Shown here in pieces: positions 60,766 to 64,000 of a stretch of DNA of 64,000 nucleotides. How positions within the stretch are numbered: position 1 is the first letter of the stretch; each line of letters opens with the position of its first letter. The notes below the pieces were generated by a model. That model was not told the origin of the DNA. It made no database searches and was given only the letters and a program-made list of their open reading frames with translations. A program made the translations under genes and the position numbers. The stretch lies in NCBI RefSeq assembly GCF_009914755.1, contig NC_060934.1. One strand, written 5' to 3'. The DNA is from the human T2T-CHM13v2.0 reference genome, Homo sapiens.

Positions 60766-61394
60766 AAAAAGTGGAAAGTGTACTGCCACACCAATAACTG
60801 CATTTAACTCTGGGGGCCTGTGCTGGCACTGGAGGTCATTAGCATCATCTATACTATTTGAATTTTTATATTAGGAATATATTCTTGTATTACTTGTGTA
60901 ATAGGAAATATAAAATTAAAACAACCTACTAGGCTACTGATATCTTTTACTTTTGTGCATCATTCTCCCTTTAACTGATTTTTCTACTTTTCTCAAATAG
61001 CCACAGTGAAATCGGCAGCTCTATTCAGCCTCACGGGAGAGTAGACTCTGACATAGAGAGCACAGAAAAGAGATCTGAAACCTATGAAGGTTTGACCTCC
61101 CTAGGTAAATAGCACTGTTCAGGTTTAAATGCTTGTCCTAAGCAAAGCAATGCATGGCTTGCTTTGCCAAGCAGAACTTCACAGAGAGGGCTTTTTGCTT
61201 TCAGGTACAAATTGGGCCATTTGCACTGGCTTGGGATTGGGATCTTGTCTTTAGTTGTGATTTGATTTTCTATGATTTGACCCAGAGTATTCAAATGTAA
61301 TATTTCCTTGAACATGAAGCATTTGCATTAAGGAAAAAGGAAAAATTCAAAACTTCTACTCAAGTCAAAGGACACAGGTCCTTTGTTTAAATTG

Positions 61395-61586
61395 GATGGA
61401 CAAAGTATGGCCCATGGGCCAAATCCAAGCCACTGCCTATTTTCGTTATGGCCTACAAGCTAAGAATGTGTTTTTATGTTTTAAATGTTATATAGTTATG
61501 TACAGTATCCTCAATTTTGCCACTTTCCCACAAAGCCTAAAATGTTTACTCTCTAGCACCTTTAGGAAAAAGTTTTCCAACCCCTG
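61395..61586. mobile_element. MER58-like hAT MITE
   Basis: tatggcccatgggccaaatcc...caaagcctaaaat...aaaagttttccaacccctg. Confidence 0.72.
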
Positions 61587-61756
61587 ATTAAATGATTGCC
61601 TCTAAATCAAATTTTGACTGAAAAGGTTGGTCAGTCTGTCTTGATGTCATACCGAAAGAAGAGAAAGAGAGAAGACTTCCCCTAGGAACTTGAGCCATTA
61701 TTCTCTCTTGATTTTCTTTGTAGACTTTCTAGCCCTATGGGCTCCCTGCTACAACC

Positions 61757-62250
61757 TACAAACATGATTGTCTTCCCTTACCCGCAGTTTCAGTTACCTG
61801 CATCAACTGTGATCTGAAAATATTAAACAAAACTCCAGAAACAAACAACATACAAGTTTTAAATTGCACGTCGTTCTGAGTAGCATGATGAAATCTTGCA
61901 CAATTCTGCTCCGTCCCAATAAGAACGTGAATCATCCCTTTGTCCAGCGTATCCATGTTGTCTGCTCTACCCCCTTCTTGGTCATCAACACTGTCTGCTC
62001 TTGACATCCCGCCATCTTCATTGTCATGCTTGGTGATCTAGGATCACACAAAGCAGAGGCTCCATCTTCTGAGACGTTGTCAGAAGGTCGATAGTGGCTG
62101 AATCACTAGTAGGCACATCACAGTGCCTACGCCATTCACACAACTTCATCCTATCCCACACACATTTTACCATCTCACACCATCACAAGAAGGGTGAGTA
62201 TGACAATGAGACAATGAGAAAGAGAGAGACCACGTTCATATAACTTTTCT
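61757..62250. mobile_element. MER44/Tigger7-like fragment
   Basis: gtttcagttacc...ttaaattgcacgtcgttctgagtagcatgatgaaatc...catcacaagaagggtgagta...gagagagaccac. Confidence 0.72.
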
Positions 62251-62585
62251 CTTTCTCTTTAGAACCAAAACAATGTTCTCAAAAGCCATCTTTTTACCTT
62301 TAATTGGTGGCCTATTATATTTGTCCCAATTTATATAGTTTCAGACACCCCTCATCTTCCTACAGGCTCTGCTCCTTTGACAAAGCACCTCCTCTTTTTC
62401 ACTGACTCTTCGTTGGCTTCTTTGGCCTTAAATGGAAATTTTTTTATCAAGACTCTGCTATTGTGCCTCTTCATTCTCTATACAATTGGTTCTAAACCTC
62501 ACTGTGCTTTTAGAATAACTCCAAGAGACCTCAAAGTGCACACTGTGGAATACTATTCCCAGAGTGTTCCAGTCATTGGCTATAG

Positions 62586-62930
<345 letters not shown>

Positions 62931-64000
62931 CTTTGGAAATTTATGTCTAAAATGCAGGTGAAGGATGAGAGTAGGAGACAGAGATCAGGAAGTCTTACGT
63001 AAGTCTGGTAGTATAAAGGTCAGATGAAGTACTCAGGAAGGACTGGTCATCTCCTGGGCTTTCTGCCCCCAGATCACTTGAGATGTCTGTAGAAAGGCAC
63101 ATTTCCTGACCTATGAGTCTTATCTTTGGGGCTGGGGCCTAGGAATCTGCATGTTTAGTAACCTGCCAAGGGATTTTCATCGCACACTAAGACTTGAGTA
63201 GTTGCTCAAAATGATTCCATCCCCAAAGTCCACGTTCCTTTCCAACTTCTCCCCAGCACCCCAGTCCAGCAGGACCAACGAGGTAAACCCCAAGCTCCCT
63301 AGAGACCCACCTGCTTAGTGAAGAAGCAGAAGGGGAGCAGACGAGCCCCTTCCCTCCATCCTCCTGAGGTCAGAGGTCCTTGCGGATCCCCATTCACTCT
63401 CCCAGTGTGAGGCAGAGAAGCCAGGCACCAACTGTTCTCCGAGTTCGGTGGAACCAAAAGCAATTTAGGGCAATGTGTTCACAGTTCTCCACCCCAAAAT
63501 AGGAGCCTCCATGGGGCTTGCTTTAATGAGATTTTACTTTATTAGTTCAAGAGTTAATGAAGAAACTGCTGATAAGATAAATCACCTTAGGTGCGGTGTT
63601 TTGAAATCTAACCATTTCTCTTAGAAATGGATTTTTTTTCCTTTTGGATATGCAAACTAATGATGAAGTCATAGTAGGGATGTAAGTTTTGGTGCCTTTG
63701 GAGGGTCAGGACGTCTGAAGGGAGAACATCTGGCTGAGTGGACAGCTCTTCGAGCCTTACCTTATTTTACATTCTGTCTATAACAGAAACCCATCGCTGT
63801 AAAATGTACATACAGTTCCTTTACGCATTAATACTCCATTGTACCAACCCTATTGATTTTTCCAAGTAGACAAAGGCTAAGGATATGTTTATTGATTGTT
63901 GCTCAGTGCATTTTAAGTGTATTTTGTAATAAAGAGCATTTTGAGACTGAAACAAACTTTCCCTTAACCAATGGGCAAGTTGAAATTTTAATTAAATGTT

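Noticed and set aside
63400-64000. Unique TAAT/GATA-rich downstream sequence as a possible long-range enhancer
   Set aside because: Short motifs are expected by chance in AT-rich DNA; conservation or chromatin data would be needed.

Overview
Primate (human or a very close great ape) genomic DNA containing the complete 11-exon ACADSB gene (short/branched-chain acyl-CoA dehydrogenase) on the + strand. The ATG is at 8025 and the TGA at 52774-52776; the exons sum to 1299 nt = 432 aa, and the 3' UTR runs about 4.5 kb to ~57300. ACADSB shares a CpG-island bidirectional promoter (~7200-8720) with a minus-strand gene whose first two exons are visible (7689-~7800 and 6021-6171). I identify that gene as IKZF5 from recalled synteny; its main coding exons are outside the window. 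The rest is intron and flank dense in Alus, LTR elements (LTR12, MER57, MER4, MER51 with internal sequence, THE1, MLT/MST), MER2/MER20 MITEs, L1, L2 and MIR. I found no convincing wholly new biological system. The best leads are: stacked uORFs in the IKZF5 leader, including a spliced 40-aa one with a strong Kozak context; a 140-codon frame with a single stop in an IKZF5 intron; an LTR12 that has lost its core promoter but kept its CCAAT array; a TSD-bounded THE1 provirus inside the ACADSB 3' UTR; and inverted Alus around a block of phase-0 exons that could give stop-free circRNAs. Repeat family names come from memory of consensus sequences, and repeat edges are approximate unless a TSD is quoted.
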